Program-made: the position numbers and the translations under genes | Notes under the pieces: generated by a model | Told to the model about the DNA's origin: nothing | Seen by the model: only the letters and a program-made list of their open reading frames with translations | The model's database searches: none | Shown: in pieces, positions 1 through 9,035 of the stretch | How positions within the stretch are numbered: the first letter of the stretch is position 1 | Layout of the letters: every line of letters begins with the position of its first letter | Source of the DNA: Acidobacteriota bacterium | GTDB lineage: Bacteria; Acidobacteriota; Aminicenantia; Aminicenantales; Saccharicenantaceae | Reading direction: 5' to 3' | Assembly: GCA_033549365.1 (NCBI GenBank) | Contig: JAWSUF010000007.1 | Coordinates: 19,154-83,153 of the forward strand | Length of the DNA: 64,000 bases

Positions 1-672
1 TCCTCTGTCGTTAACCGTCTCGAAAACTTTTAGGGCGTTTGTAAGGGATGGGGTAATGATGCGGATCAGTTTTACCCGCTTGGTAAAGGTGGCATAGAAT
101 AGCTTGAGCTTCTTTGGTGAAGAATCGCAATTGATTCTCAAAAAATCGCAAATATCCTGATAAGCAGACCGGATGCGTTTGACTGAAATGGTGTTTTCGG
201 CGATTTCTTCCAGATGAGCAGGATCATCGACTATCTTTTTTAAGATCCCCTTGCTATCATCATACTGAAGAACTAATCGGTGTCTAAAATCCTCTTCACC
301 ATAGTCGTTTATCGATGCAAACGCGATTTGGCTGAGCAAGGTACTGTGTGGTTCTTCGTTAATCTCTTTCAGTAAATCGCGGATAGCACACAGCACCAGA
401 TAAATACTTGTCATCCGCTGCTGACCATCAATAAGGCTAAATGTTCCATCATCCGCCCTACATACGACAATGCTGCCCAAAAAATACTCGGTTCCCTTTA
501 TAATAATTCCATCTTCATCATAAAATTCATCAAGCACATCCTGGAGCAGCTTCTCAACCTGTTCACGTTCCCAGACAAATTCACGCTGGAAATCGGGAAC
601 AGTGTAAAAATCTTTATACAGATCTTCGATGGACAGATCTTTTGACTCGATTTTCACGCTCTCCTGGGTCAT
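1..672 (-). CDS. DUF262-domain protein (GmrSD-like N-terminal / ParB-like NTPase domain), 3'-truncated by the window edge
   Basis: Absent from the ORF track because it runs off the window. Manual translation from the ATG at 672..670 gives MTQESVKIESKDLSIEDLYKDFYTVPDFQREFVWEREQVEKLL...SLIDGQQRMTSIYLVL...KVFETVNDRG. The DGQQR and FExxNxRG motifs are typical of DUF262. The frame stays open to base 1. Its start forms an ATGA overlap with the stop of the upstream methyltransferase gene (669..672). Confidence 0.8.
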   Translation of the reverse strand, partial: MTQESVKIESKDLSIEDLYKDFYTVPDFQREFVWEREQVEKLLQDVLDEFYDEDGIIIKGTEYFLGSIVVCRADDGTFSLIDGQQRMTSIYLVLCAIRDLLKEINEEPHSTLLSQIAFASINDYGEEDFRHRLVLQYDDSKGILKKIVDDPAHLEEIAENTISVKRIRSAYQDICDFLRINCDSSPKKLKLFYATFTKRVKLIRIITPSLTNALKVFETVNDRG

Positions 673-3600
673 TTTAGGCTCTCCACAATCGGTGTTAATC
701 GGTCGTATTCCTCAAGGCATTTGCGCTTGGACATGAACTCGCCGAAGGCTTTTTTCTCTTTCTTTTTAAGCACCGGAAAGGTTTCCAGGATGTAGGCGAA
801 ATCATCGCGTGAAAGGCCGTAAAGGTGAGCCACGTAGGCGTCGATTTCGGCTCGAAGCTGTGCCCTGTCGCCGGTGTCTCGTCGGTCGGGCATGCGGTCG
901 TGCACGCCGCAATGGGGTCCCCATTCTGGTGTTAGATTTTTGGCTCCGTCCCGCAGGCGTTTTCGGATTTCCTGTTCATGAGCAGGACCGTAGGCATCGA
1001 TTGGGGCTGATGGCGGATACCAGAAAGTTTGAGACTGCCAGCTGGTTGAAAAGGTCTTCTCCCAGAGCGCATAAAAATCATCTTTCACACAAATAAGTCT
1101 AAGTGCACGAGCAATTAAGAAGGAGTCGCCAGCGAGCATTGTCAAAGGTAATGGTAACTGCTCAATGTGGAAAATATTTACATTAGATGTTGTCCGAAAG
1201 CGTATACAAAAATCGAGGACATGCGAATTTAATATCGCCAGTATTGTAAGAACAGGTAATGAATTTATTTGCTGTGTATTGATATTAATGCATGTGCACT
1301 TTACTTCACATAGATACTGCCGAGGAATAATGGTGGCAATTAGTGTCCTTTCATTTGTTGCGGCAGCAACTCCACGAAAACAAAGCCGGTAGTGAGAGGG
1401 ACCTCTCCTTGGTAAATTGTGATATTTCTTTTTTGCCAGATCCGCTGCGTTGTTTTCCTCTACCCAAAATCTTGGCTCGCTAAAATAAGGATCAAATTGC
1501 CATATGTTTTTCCCTTCCCATAGCGGAAGGCCCTTACTTTCAGTGTTCAGAATAGAAGCATCTGATGTAACATTCAGTTCCTGGTAGATATCTATCTGTT
1601 TATAACTCCCTATGATCTCACCATTTTCGTAACATTTTGAAAGTATATCAATGGAGCGAGCATCCTCTACTTCGAGTGGTGTTAGGGTGCTTGGAGAGAA
1701 CCTACGAATTTGGTCAAGGGTCATTGTTATAGATATCGAGTCGATAGCAGGCAATCGCTCAGGATTATGTTTCATGAAGGCGCACTTGAACCGGTCCGTT
1801 TCCCCACCTTTTTGTGTGCCGAAGGTGACGAACTTAAAGCGACCATCCACTGCGCTAAAAACAGTGGGCCACCGGTTTTCAAAGCAGTACAGAAACTCTA
1901 TTTGGCTGCTACCAAAAAACCGTTGTCGCAATGGCTGGCACCCTTGGTCTGTATAAAGTCCGCTCGGCACCACGATCCCCATGCGACCGCTGTTTTTCAA
2001 AATAGCGAAGAAACGTTCGAGGAAGGCTTTGTAAAGATCAATCTTCCCTTTCTGAAGAGATGTATATGCCTCGGGCTCTTTGAAATAAGCTGAAGCATCC
2101 TTAAATCCCGCCTCATATTTCTGCCACCTTTCAACTATAATCGGATGTTGCCTGTGTAGTTTATTAATGACCTTCAATGCTTCCTGTTTTTTATATTTTC
2201 TGAAATCCGGATCATAAGTGACATAGAATTCCTGAGTATTTGGTTGCAGTACGTCCCAGGGTGGATTGCCGACCGTCGCCGAGAATCCTCCCACTCCGTT
2301 AAGGCCGAATACGTCGGGAAACTCCAGAGGCCAGTGATAAAAATGGTGCCATTTTCGATATGCCTTTACCGTTTCCAGAATCTCAGGCAGCGCAGGATTC
2401 AGGGTGTTGGCTACAGACATCCCCTTTGCGAGCCGCTCAAATATGTCCTTGTAATCATCAGTCTGGATTTCCAGGTCCATCAGGTAAGCCGTAAAAAGAT
2501 CGGCCAAGGGGCGCAAATGAGACGTCGCATCGAGCGCTTCATCCAACACGGCTTTCTGGCTGTCCGTGTCGTCCTCATCGATCTGGGTGATGGACGCAAT
2601 ACCCTGTCCAGCCTCGGCCAGGGCAGAGGAAAGGTCGTTGTAGTCAAACAGCAGCCTTTGCTGGTCTTTCCTTTTAGTGCTCTCCTTCCTACGTTCCGGA
2701 ATGGAAGCGAGCTGATCGAGTGATCGAATGCCGATCAGGCTGTTGCCGCAGCGGACGTGGTGGTCAAGAAAGGTCAGCTTGTGTTCGATGGCAAAACAGT
2801 TGAGCCAAAGAGACAGTTTGGCCAGGTTAACGGCCAGAGGATTAAGGTCGACTCCGTAAATACAGTGGCGGGTGATGCGACGCCGCCAGTCATTGGGCCA
2901 GCTGGAGACTGAAACCCGCATTCCTTTGACATGGGGCACCTCTTCAAGCAGGGCGACCACTAGGCCAGCCATCTGGTTAGCTGCGTCCACCAAAAAGTGT
3001 CCGCTTCCCATTGCCGGATCGCAGACCTTGAATTCCAGCACTTCCTCTTCGACAAAACGTTCGACCAGCGCTGAGGCGGCTTGTGCCGCCCCGCGGCGGG
3101 TGCCTACATCGTGTCCTTTCCGCGCCTGCTCCAACAGCTCGTCGAACCGATTTCGATAATCCTGCTCAAATTTTTGGTTAAGCGGTTGGACGATGGTTTT
3201 TTCGTTGAGAAAACGTACCAGCGCCTCAGGCGTGTAATACGAGCCAGTTTGTTTACGTTCCAGTGCGGATTCACCGAAATAGACATCCCCCTTTTTGATC
3301 AGGGTGTCACCCTGTTTTTTAGATGTCTGGGAAGCCAACAGCATCTCCACACCCTTCTTGGTGCGGCGGCGGATGCGGTCGGCATCGGCAAGCAGGACTG
3401 TGTACTCCAGGATGTTCTCGTAAAGCTCCCCAAGGTGACGAACCTCAAGGTCTTCATAGGGTATGGCGTACTCTCCGTCCGGCTCGTTGTTGTACGGTTC
3501 GACAAATGCCAGCAGGTAAAGCGCTCGGCACATAAAATCGTTGCGCAGCTGATGTTGACCCAGGAACGGCTCCTCTTCGTCATCGAAGAGGCCGCCGTTG

Positions 3601-4601
3601 TAGCCCATGATGCCGTATTCCGGGTCACCGTCATTCACGGCGTTTATCAACCCTTTGAGATGCTTCCACAAATCATACTGATCCGTTTCGTGGCGTTCAC
3701 CCCAGCGAAATTTGCGAGCCTCCTTGCAGAGTGTTTGGATGGAGTGCCGCTGGTAGAGATCAGCTTTTTCCGGGTCCGAGGGCAGCAGTCGCCGGGCCTC
3801 GGCATAAAACAGGAACAGGCAGCGGTAAATCAGCTTGACGGCACTCTCGAAGATTTCCGCCCTTTCTTCCTCAGTGTACTCTTCGCCGCTTTTTTGGGTG
3901 TCAAAAATGAAACCGTTGCAGATGTACTGCAGGACCTCGTCCACCTGGGCAAGAAAAGGTGTCTTGACGCTGTCTTCAAGCACTTGCTCTGATTGTTCCC
4001 GGTCGCGGTCGAGCCTGCACTTGTAAACGCCGACGGATTCATCCTGCTGTCCAACCTCGGCATCATCAACGTCCTCTGCAATGAAAGAAATTTTGTGAAA
4101 GAATCGCTCGAAAAGGCCATATTCAGCCTCATCCGATCCTTCCAGCGCCTGCTCTAAGGGCAGTTCCACGTAATCTTCATAGGGTCTTGAACTCTTGGTG
4201 GAGTAAAGCCGCCAAAGGGCACCGTTTGTCAGGATTCCCCAGTTGAGCTTACGTTCCCTGAGCTGCGCCAGAAGCTTGGCGGGGTAAAAGCTTCCGACGG
4301 ATGTGTTGTCTATATATGATCCAGGCGGCGCAAGATAGAGCACTCCAATGCAGTTTTTAAACCCCCAGTCTTCAAAAAGCGGGTAAACGCCCGGAGCGAT
4401 GGGATTGCCGGGAGGGACGAACTCGAGATAGCTCAACGCCTGTTTCAAGAAAGATTCCCACAGGGACTCGGTGTCCTGGGAATTCCGGGACCGCCACGTC
4501 TGAGCCAGGGTCGCCATGCGGCCCTGTGCGGCATCGTCGAGTTTGACGACGTCTTTCAATTCCTCAATAAAAAGCGAGCTGAACAGGCCGTTATTCTTCA
4601 T
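669..4601 (-). CDS. Large (1310 aa) gamma-class N6-adenine DNA methyltransferase, PglX / Eco57I / type IIG-like
   Basis: SAM-binding motif I, VCDPAMGSGHFLVDA, is encoded at about 3001-3027. Catalytic motif IV, GNPPWD, is at about 2256-2267. IYGVDLNPLAVNLAKLSLWL lies between them. The N-terminal module contains WGILTNGALWRLY, typical of PglX/type IIG N-termini, but I see no clear PD-(D/E)xK triad. A long C-terminal region is TRD-like. Confidence 0.85.
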   Translation of the reverse strand: MKNNGLFSSLFIEELKDVVKLDDAAQGRMATLAQTWRSRNSQDTESLWESFLKQALSYLEFVPPGNPIAPGVYPLFEDWGFKNCIGVLYLAPPGSYIDNTSVGSFYPAKLLAQLRERKLNWGILTNGALWRLYSTKSSRPYEDYVELPLEQALEGSDEAEYGLFERFFHKISFIAEDVDDAEVGQQDESVGVYKCRLDRDREQSEQVLEDSVKTPFLAQVDEVLQYICNGFIFDTQKSGEEYTEEERAEIFESAVKLIYRCLFLFYAEARRLLPSDPEKADLYQRHSIQTLCKEARKFRWGERHETDQYDLWKHLKGLINAVNDGDPEYGIMGYNGGLFDDEEEPFLGQHQLRNDFMCRALYLLAFVEPYNNEPDGEYAIPYEDLEVRHLGELYENILEYTVLLADADRIRRRTKKGVEMLLASQTSKKQGDTLIKKGDVYFGESALERKQTGSYYTPEALVRFLNEKTIVQPLNQKFEQDYRNRFDELLEQARKGHDVGTRRGAAQAASALVERFVEEEVLEFKVCDPAMGSGHFLVDAANQMAGLVVALLEEVPHVKGMRVSVSSWPNDWRRRITRHCIYGVDLNPLAVNLAKLSLWLNCFAIEHKLTFLDHHVRCGNSLIGIRSLDQLASIPERRKESTKRKDQQRLLFDYNDLSSALAEAGQGIASITQIDEDDTDSQKAVLDEALDATSHLRPLADLFTAYLMDLEIQTDDYKDIFERLAKGMSVANTLNPALPEILETVKAYRKWHHFYHWPLEFPDVFGLNGVGGFSATVGNPPWDVLQPNTQEFYVTYDPDFRKYKKQEALKVINKLHRQHPIIVERWQKYEAGFKDASAYFKEPEAYTSLQKGKIDLYKAFLERFFAILKNSGRMGIVVPSGLYTDQGCQPLRQRFFGSSQIEFLYCFENRWPTVFSAVDGRFKFVTFGTQKGGETDRFKCAFMKHNPERLPAIDSISITMTLDQIRRFSPSTLTPLEVEDARSIDILSKCYENGEIIGSYKQIDIYQELNVTSDASILNTESKGLPLWEGKNIWQFDPYFSEPRFWVEENNAADLAKKKYHNLPRRGPSHYRLCFRGVAAATNERTLIATIIPRQYLCEVKCTCININTQQINSLPVLTILAILNSHVLDFCIRFRTTSNVNIFHIEQLPLPLTMLAGDSFLIARALRLICVKDDFYALWEKTFSTSWQSQTFWYPPSAPIDAYGPAHEQEIRKRLRDGAKNLTPEWGPHCGVHDRMPDRRDTGDRAQLRAEIDAYVAHLYGLSRDDFAYILETFPVLKKKEKKAFGEFMSKRKCLEEYDRLTPIVESLK

Positions 4602-5062
4602 AGTGCCAGGGTCTCCTTCTGATCGACCACGAATGTGTACTGACGATAGCGTCGGAATTCACGGGTCGCGATAATCTTGTCGTATTGAAGAACGAATAAC
4701 AGGCAGGGCTTCTGGTTCCAGGTTTCCACACGGGTGGTGAACTGTTCGACGCTGTTTGCCTGGCCGGACCAGGTGGCCTTGAGAAACTCGATGCCTGAGA
4801 CGATTAAAACAGGGGCCTTGTCATACCTTTTCAAGAAATCGAAAAGGTTTGGAATCAGGAACTGGCCGATCTTGTTGCCGAGGTTTACGTCCTGAGCGAA
4901 AAGCTCCAGCAGATCAAGATGTTCGGAATCAGTCTGGCGAGCCAACTCTGTAGCCCACTCTTTTTGGCCCTCGTACTCATGGGTCAGAACGATGCAAGCC
5001 CGACCGCGGGGGCGGGAGGGCAGGGATCTCACAAGTAGAACCATGTTGACAGGATCGCTCAT
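4598..5062 (-). CDS. Small operon protein (154 aa), possibly BrxF-like with a degenerate P-loop
   Basis: It has 4-bp ATGA overlaps with both neighbouring genes. The layout (beta-strand IVLTHEYEG where a Walker A would sit, and APVLIVSGIEFL where a Walker B would sit) recalls BREX-3 BrxF. No intact GxxGxGK[ST] is present. The family assignment is from memory and unverified. Confidence 0.5.
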   Translation of the reverse strand: MSDPVNMVLLVRSLPSRPRGRACIVLTHEYEGQKEWATELARQTDSEHLDLLELFAQDVNLGNKIGQFLIPNLFDFLKRYDKAPVLIVSGIEFLKATWSGQANSVEQFTTRVETWNQKPCLLFVLQYDKIIATREFRRYRQYTFVVDQKETLAL

Positions 5063-6453
5063 TGAAAAATGCCTCCCGGTGATTGCTCGCTGTCTTCACG
5101 CGGCTCGCGGTCTTCAAAATGGGCGGACAAAAAACTGAGCGCCGAGAGGCCCGGCTTGAGACGAATTTGATCGAGGTTGTGGGTGGTTTCGTACCGCAGC
5201 CAGCCACGTTCGTGAAGCCCTTCGATCTGTTGCCGGAACGATGCGGCATCAAGCCCGAAAACCATGGCTGGGGAGCCAGGTGTTGCCGCCATCTCACTAA
5301 CCTGGAAAAGATGGGTGCCTTTTGCAGCACAGAAATCATAAATCATGGCACTTATTACAAGAGGCGAAAATTGTGTGTAACGGCGACGGTAGAGGCATTC
5401 GTCCGACGTACGCTGCAAAATCTCTAAGTTTTTAAGATTTTGTTCAATGTAGGCATCGACAACAAAACGAACCTCTTCGTAAAGCCCCTTGCTGATTGTC
5501 CTCTTGCCGTATTTCCCTGCCAAATCGCTTCTGAGACGTTCAGTCCACTCTTCCTGTGTCATTGCCGATGCTTGAGTCAGCAGGTGATTGAATATTTCAA
5601 ACCAGATCAGATTGCGAAAAGAGCCGGCACCGACGTAGTGACACCACTCCAGTGATCCTGTCTTTTCAATGAAAATATCATGTTCTGCAAAGAGTAATCC
5701 TGTCGGCGTCAACACCTGATTTCCCGGCTTAATCAATCCCATCGCCGCGCCAATGCTGATCAAGCTTTCAACTTGTCGATCCGCAAGCCCAGTGTCTTCT
5801 TGCAGAACCTTGCGGTTAATTTTCTTCGCCTGTCGATTCTCAAGGAGGAAATGAAGAATCCGAGCAAGTTGATCAAACTCCAGGAGGTAGCCGTTGCTGA
5901 CCTGAAATTTACGCCGAGTGTTTTTTGGAGAGGTAGTATTTTCCTTTGAAGGCCTTGAAGAGGGTGGACTCACGCTACGCTCATTTGTATTTTCAGGAGA
6001 CTCCGGTTTCCGCTCCGCGACAGAGGGACTTACCGATTCCACCTGTTTCTTTTTTTGGGGATTGGAAGACGAGGGGTTCGGTTTTTCTTCATTCGGCAAT
6101 TTTTGAAACAACTTTTGATGTGTTGCTCCTGCTGCCATTTTGGCGGGAGGCGGTTTTGAAATAACAGATCTGATGGCTCCTGTTGCAATGAAATCAGCCA
6201 CTTTGAGCAAAGCGACCGACGATTGTCCTAAGCCTTTCACCTTTGCAAGTTCATCTTGTGAGGCGGACAGGACCTTAGAGAGACTGCCAAAAACCCGTAT
6301 GAGCTCCTCAGCGAGCGGCTTGACATCCTTGCGCCCGATGGCAAAGGTGAGAAGCAGTTCCAGCAACATTTCGTCAGAGTGCGACTCCACATCGCCCGAC
6401 AAAAAGCGATCTCTGAGTCTTTGCCTATGTCCTCTTTTTCTTTTTTCCGTCAT
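5059..6453 (-). CDS. RadC/UPF0758-type N-terminal HhH module fused to a DUF4007-like (wHTH-like) C-terminal domain; no JAB/MPN domain
   Basis: The N-terminus, KRKRGHRQRLRDRFLSGDVESHSDEMLLELLLTFAIGRKDVKPLAEELIRVFGSLSKVLSASQDELAKVKGLGQSSVALLKVADFI, matches the RadC N-terminal HhH pattern. A Ser/Pro/Lys-rich linker follows. The C-terminal pattern (GLADRQVESLISIGAAMGLIKPGNQVLTPTGLLFAEHD...LEWCHYVG...IWFEIFNHLL) resembles DUF4007. It is the first gene of the coupled operon. Confidence 0.6.
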   Translation of the reverse strand: MTEKRKRGHRQRLRDRFLSGDVESHSDEMLLELLLTFAIGRKDVKPLAEELIRVFGSLSKVLSASQDELAKVKGLGQSSVALLKVADFIATGAIRSVISKPPPAKMAAGATHQKLFQKLPNEEKPNPSSSNPQKKKQVESVSPSVAERKPESPENTNERSVSPPSSRPSKENTTSPKNTRRKFQVSNGYLLEFDQLARILHFLLENRQAKKINRKVLQEDTGLADRQVESLISIGAAMGLIKPGNQVLTPTGLLFAEHDIFIEKTGSLEWCHYVGAGSFRNLIWFEIFNHLLTQASAMTQEEWTERLRSDLAGKYGKRTISKGLYEEVRFVVDAYIEQNLKNLEILQRTSDECLYRRRYTQFSPLVISAMIYDFCAAKGTHLFQVSEMAATPGSPAMVFGLDAASFRQQIEGLHERGWLRYETTHNLDQIRLKPGLSALSFLSAHFEDREPREDSEQSPGGIFQ

Positions 6454-6627
6454 GTTGCCCCATTGTTATAGATTGGCCCTATTTTGCTTCTTCTGTTCAT
6501 TTTATGCCACATCATTTTATTTTTGCGAATAACTCATTCTTAAGCTCATCAATGGCTTTATCTGAATTATTGTATTTTCACCAGACCATGTTAAATAACC
6601 CAAACATACTATTTCTCAATGTATGAT

Positions 6628-7587
6628 CTATTCCCTAAATATGTTTCTGTTATGCCATGAAAGAAAATTTCGAGATGGATGATCGATGGGATTGGGCGGC
6701 AAATGAGCAACAGGCCGACCATCAAACGGATAGTATGAACGGCCGTTCTCAAATTCGTCCTTGAGGCGGCGGCTGACTTCGATTCTATATTCCGGCGTAA
6801 TCGTGATGTAGCCGCGGTCGAAGAGACGATGAAAATCGCTTCGGAGAAGTAAGCCGTTCGAAACGGCGTGGGGGCCGCTTTCGGTGTAGGGCTTGATATG
6901 AGCGGCTTCGAGGGCGGGCAAGGAATGCTCTTCGGTAATCGCACAGGCCCGTCGATAGGCATCGGTGACCTGTAACCGAAATGATGCCTGACCAAGGCGG
7001 GGCTTGATCATGGTTTCCTTGCCAAAGCGGGCTCGTTCTTCTTCGATCCGTTGGGCTTCTCTATCAAGGTCATGAATACGGTGGACCTGCCATGCGTGCT
7101 GAAGATTTTTCCAGATAAACTGACCGGCTTCCTTGTCGAGTTCGTAGCCCTTTGCCTTGCCTCGAACAATCGATGCGCTCCATTCGGGGGCAGGAAACCA
7201 CAATGACTCATCAAAAAAGAACGGTTGGGTGAGAATGATACAACCGATCTGAAAATCTTCGTGAGGATTATCCTGAATCCTTCGATATCGGATAAGCCGC
7301 CGGTGCATTTCTGTGTATGAGCCCGCTCCGTTTTGGATTCCAAAATTCTCCCATGCGAAAGAGATCGGAAAAGTTGTGAAATAGAGGAAGACCCCGCCCC
7401 CTGCAATCAGATCACGATTTTCTGTTCTTTGGCTGCGATGCAGCTTGAAGAGGAAAAGGTCCCCCTTGCTGAGGGCGCGAAATTCTGAACTAGGCGATGG
7501 CTGCCAGAAGTTGACCTCGTCGATGCCGGGCTGAGAGCGCAAATAATCGAACCAATCCTGATCTGTGACGCCGGCATAAATCCTCAT
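6628..7587 (-). CDS. HNH endonuclease with an N-terminal PUA/EVE-like domain (putative modification-dependent type IV restriction enzyme)
   Basis: The C-terminal motif LPALEAAHIKPY...SNGLLLRSDFHRLFDRGYITI is of the HNH_2 type. The N-terminus, MRIYAGVTDQDWFDYL...VNFWQPS...GDLFLFKL, is typical of the PUA-like reader domains fused to such nucleases. Confidence 0.75.
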   Translation of the reverse strand: MRIYAGVTDQDWFDYLRSQPGIDEVNFWQPSPSSEFRALSKGDLFLFKLHRSQRTENRDLIAGGGVFLYFTTFPISFAWENFGIQNGAGSYTEMHRRLIRYRRIQDNPHEDFQIGCIILTQPFFFDESLWFPAPEWSASIVRGKAKGYELDKEAGQFIWKNLQHAWQVHRIHDLDREAQRIEEERARFGKETMIKPRLGQASFRLQVTDAYRRACAITEEHSLPALEAAHIKPYTESGPHAVSNGLLLRSDFHRLFDRGYITITPEYRIEVSRRLKDEFENGRSYYPFDGRPVAHLPPNPIDHPSRNFLSWHNRNIFRE

Positions 7588-7712
7588 AGGAAGCCATCCT
7601 GGCTAAAGAGTGTACCGGTATGAGCCATCAGACTCCTTTCTTGCTTTGAGATATTATTATTCAAGCTCATTTTCCCCGTATATCACCTCTCAAGGTGAAC
7701 AGGGGGATGAAT

Positions 7713-9035
7713 TCACAACACCGTATACCCATCATCCTCAACCTCCACTCCCCCTTCCTCCTCCCCCACTCCAAACAACAGCCCTGTGCCATCATCCTCC
7801 TCCCTCCCCCTCCGCTTCTTCACCAGACGCCTCACTCCCACACCGCCTCTCCAGTCCTCCGCCCTCTGGACGGTGAGTTGGCCCTGGGCCGCGGCGTCAT
7901 CGAGCGCCGCAAGCTCAGCGACCTCCTCGCCCTCGACCGTGCTGAGATAGACCCACTGGGCGGCGCGGGCGATGCCCGTGAACAGGAGGCGACGGCGCGT
8001 GTCGAGGGAGAACTTGGCCAGGGCCGCGGCGGTCAGGCGAGGGAGGAGCACGCTGTCGAAGGTCAGGCCCTTGGCCTGGTGGAAGGTCGCGATCTTGGGG
8101 ACAAGGTTTCCGAAGTCGCAGGGGCCGCGGGCGGCGCGGTCCTTGTTTTTGGACACGGCGCGTTCGACCTCGACGCCGCGTTCGGCGAGCGCTCCGGCCA
8201 CGGAGTTCAGCAGGTGGTTTCGGGCGACGATGATGCCGATGCGGTCGTTCTGGACCTGGCGGTGGCGGACGATCTCGGCCAGCCGGTCCATCTCCTGTTC
8301 GGTCGATGCGGCCGTGAAGAAAAGCGGCCGGTCCCGCACCCGCTGCTCGGCCCCGACCTGGGCCAGGTACTGGGAGCGCTTGAGGAGATCGTCGATGAAG
8401 TGGGCGGCCAGGTCGGCCACGTAGGAGGCGTTCCGGTAGGCGCCGAGAAGCGAGACCTGGGGGGCCTCGATGCCGAGCTTTTCACGGATGAACGACGGGT
8501 CGGCGCCGTCGTCGAAGATCCTCTGCTGGGGATCGATGAAGACCGTGACGTGGCGGGCGACGATGCGGAGGATGTCGTAGACGACGGGCGGCAGGTCCTG
8601 GCCCTCGTCGACGAGCACGAACTCCAGGGAGTTGCGGAAGGACGTCTTGCGGCCGACGAGGTCGAGCACCGTGCGGCGGATGAGGTCGAAGTCCGGCTGG
8701 AAGCCGCCGTTGAGGTAGGGCAGGCTGCGGGCGATGTGGCTCCTGTAGAGGGTGACGCACCACATGTCGAAGGTGCTGACCGTCTCGTCGGGAATCTCCA
8801 GAAACTCGAACCCGGAGCGGATGTACTGCTTGACGACGTTCGTGAAGACGAAGACGCGGAAGCGGTCCGGCGGGATGCGGCAGGTGCGGGCGATGTGGTC
8901 GGCGCGGTGGATGAGGATCTGCGTTTTCCCGGAACCGGCGAACCCCATGACGATGCGGTTGAGCGTCGGGGGCATGACGACGGCGCGCCGCTGGTCGAGC
9001 GTCAGGTCCTGCCGGGGGACGAGCCAGGTGATCAT
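7713..9035 (-). CDS. Compact superfamily-1 (UvrD/Rep-like) helicase/ATPase, about 440 aa
   Basis: Walker A GFAGSGKT is encoded at about 8922-8948. Walker B/DEGQD is VLVDEGQD. A late motif, ATFHQAKGLTFDSVLLP, is present. I chose the start MITWLV at 9035 because it forms an ATGA overlap with the stop of the upstream Hsp70-like gene. The Arg-rich 139-aa extension in the track ORF (to 9455) looks like an artefact. Confidence 0.8.
   Translation of the reverse strand: MITWLVPRQDLTLDQRRAVVMPPTLNRIVMGFAGSGKTQILIHRADHIARTCRIPPDRFRVFVFTNVVKQYIRSGFEFLEIPDETVSTFDMWCVTLYRSHIARSLPYLNGGFQPDFDLIRRTVLDLVGRKTSFRNSLEFVLVDEGQDLPPVVYDILRIVARHVTVFIDPQQRIFDDGADPSFIREKLGIEAPQVSLLGAYRNASYVADLAAHFIDDLLKRSQYLAQVGAEQRVRDRPLFFTAASTEQEMDRLAEIVRHRQVQNDRIGIIVARNHLLNSVAGALAERGVEVERAVSKNKDRAARGPCDFGNLVPKIATFHQAKGLTFDSVLLPRLTAAALAKFSLDTRRRLLFTGIARAAQWVYLSTVEGEEVAELAALDDAAAQGQLTVQRAEDWRGGVGVRRLVKKRRGREEDDGTGLLFGVGEEEGGVEVEDDGYTVL

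Noticed and set aside
3081-3992. A 303-aa plus-strand ORF, plus several shorter ORFs, inside the methyltransferase gene.
   Set aside because: They are antisense to, or out of frame with, the 1310-aa ORF that carries intact methyltransferase motifs I and IV. They have no motifs of their own.
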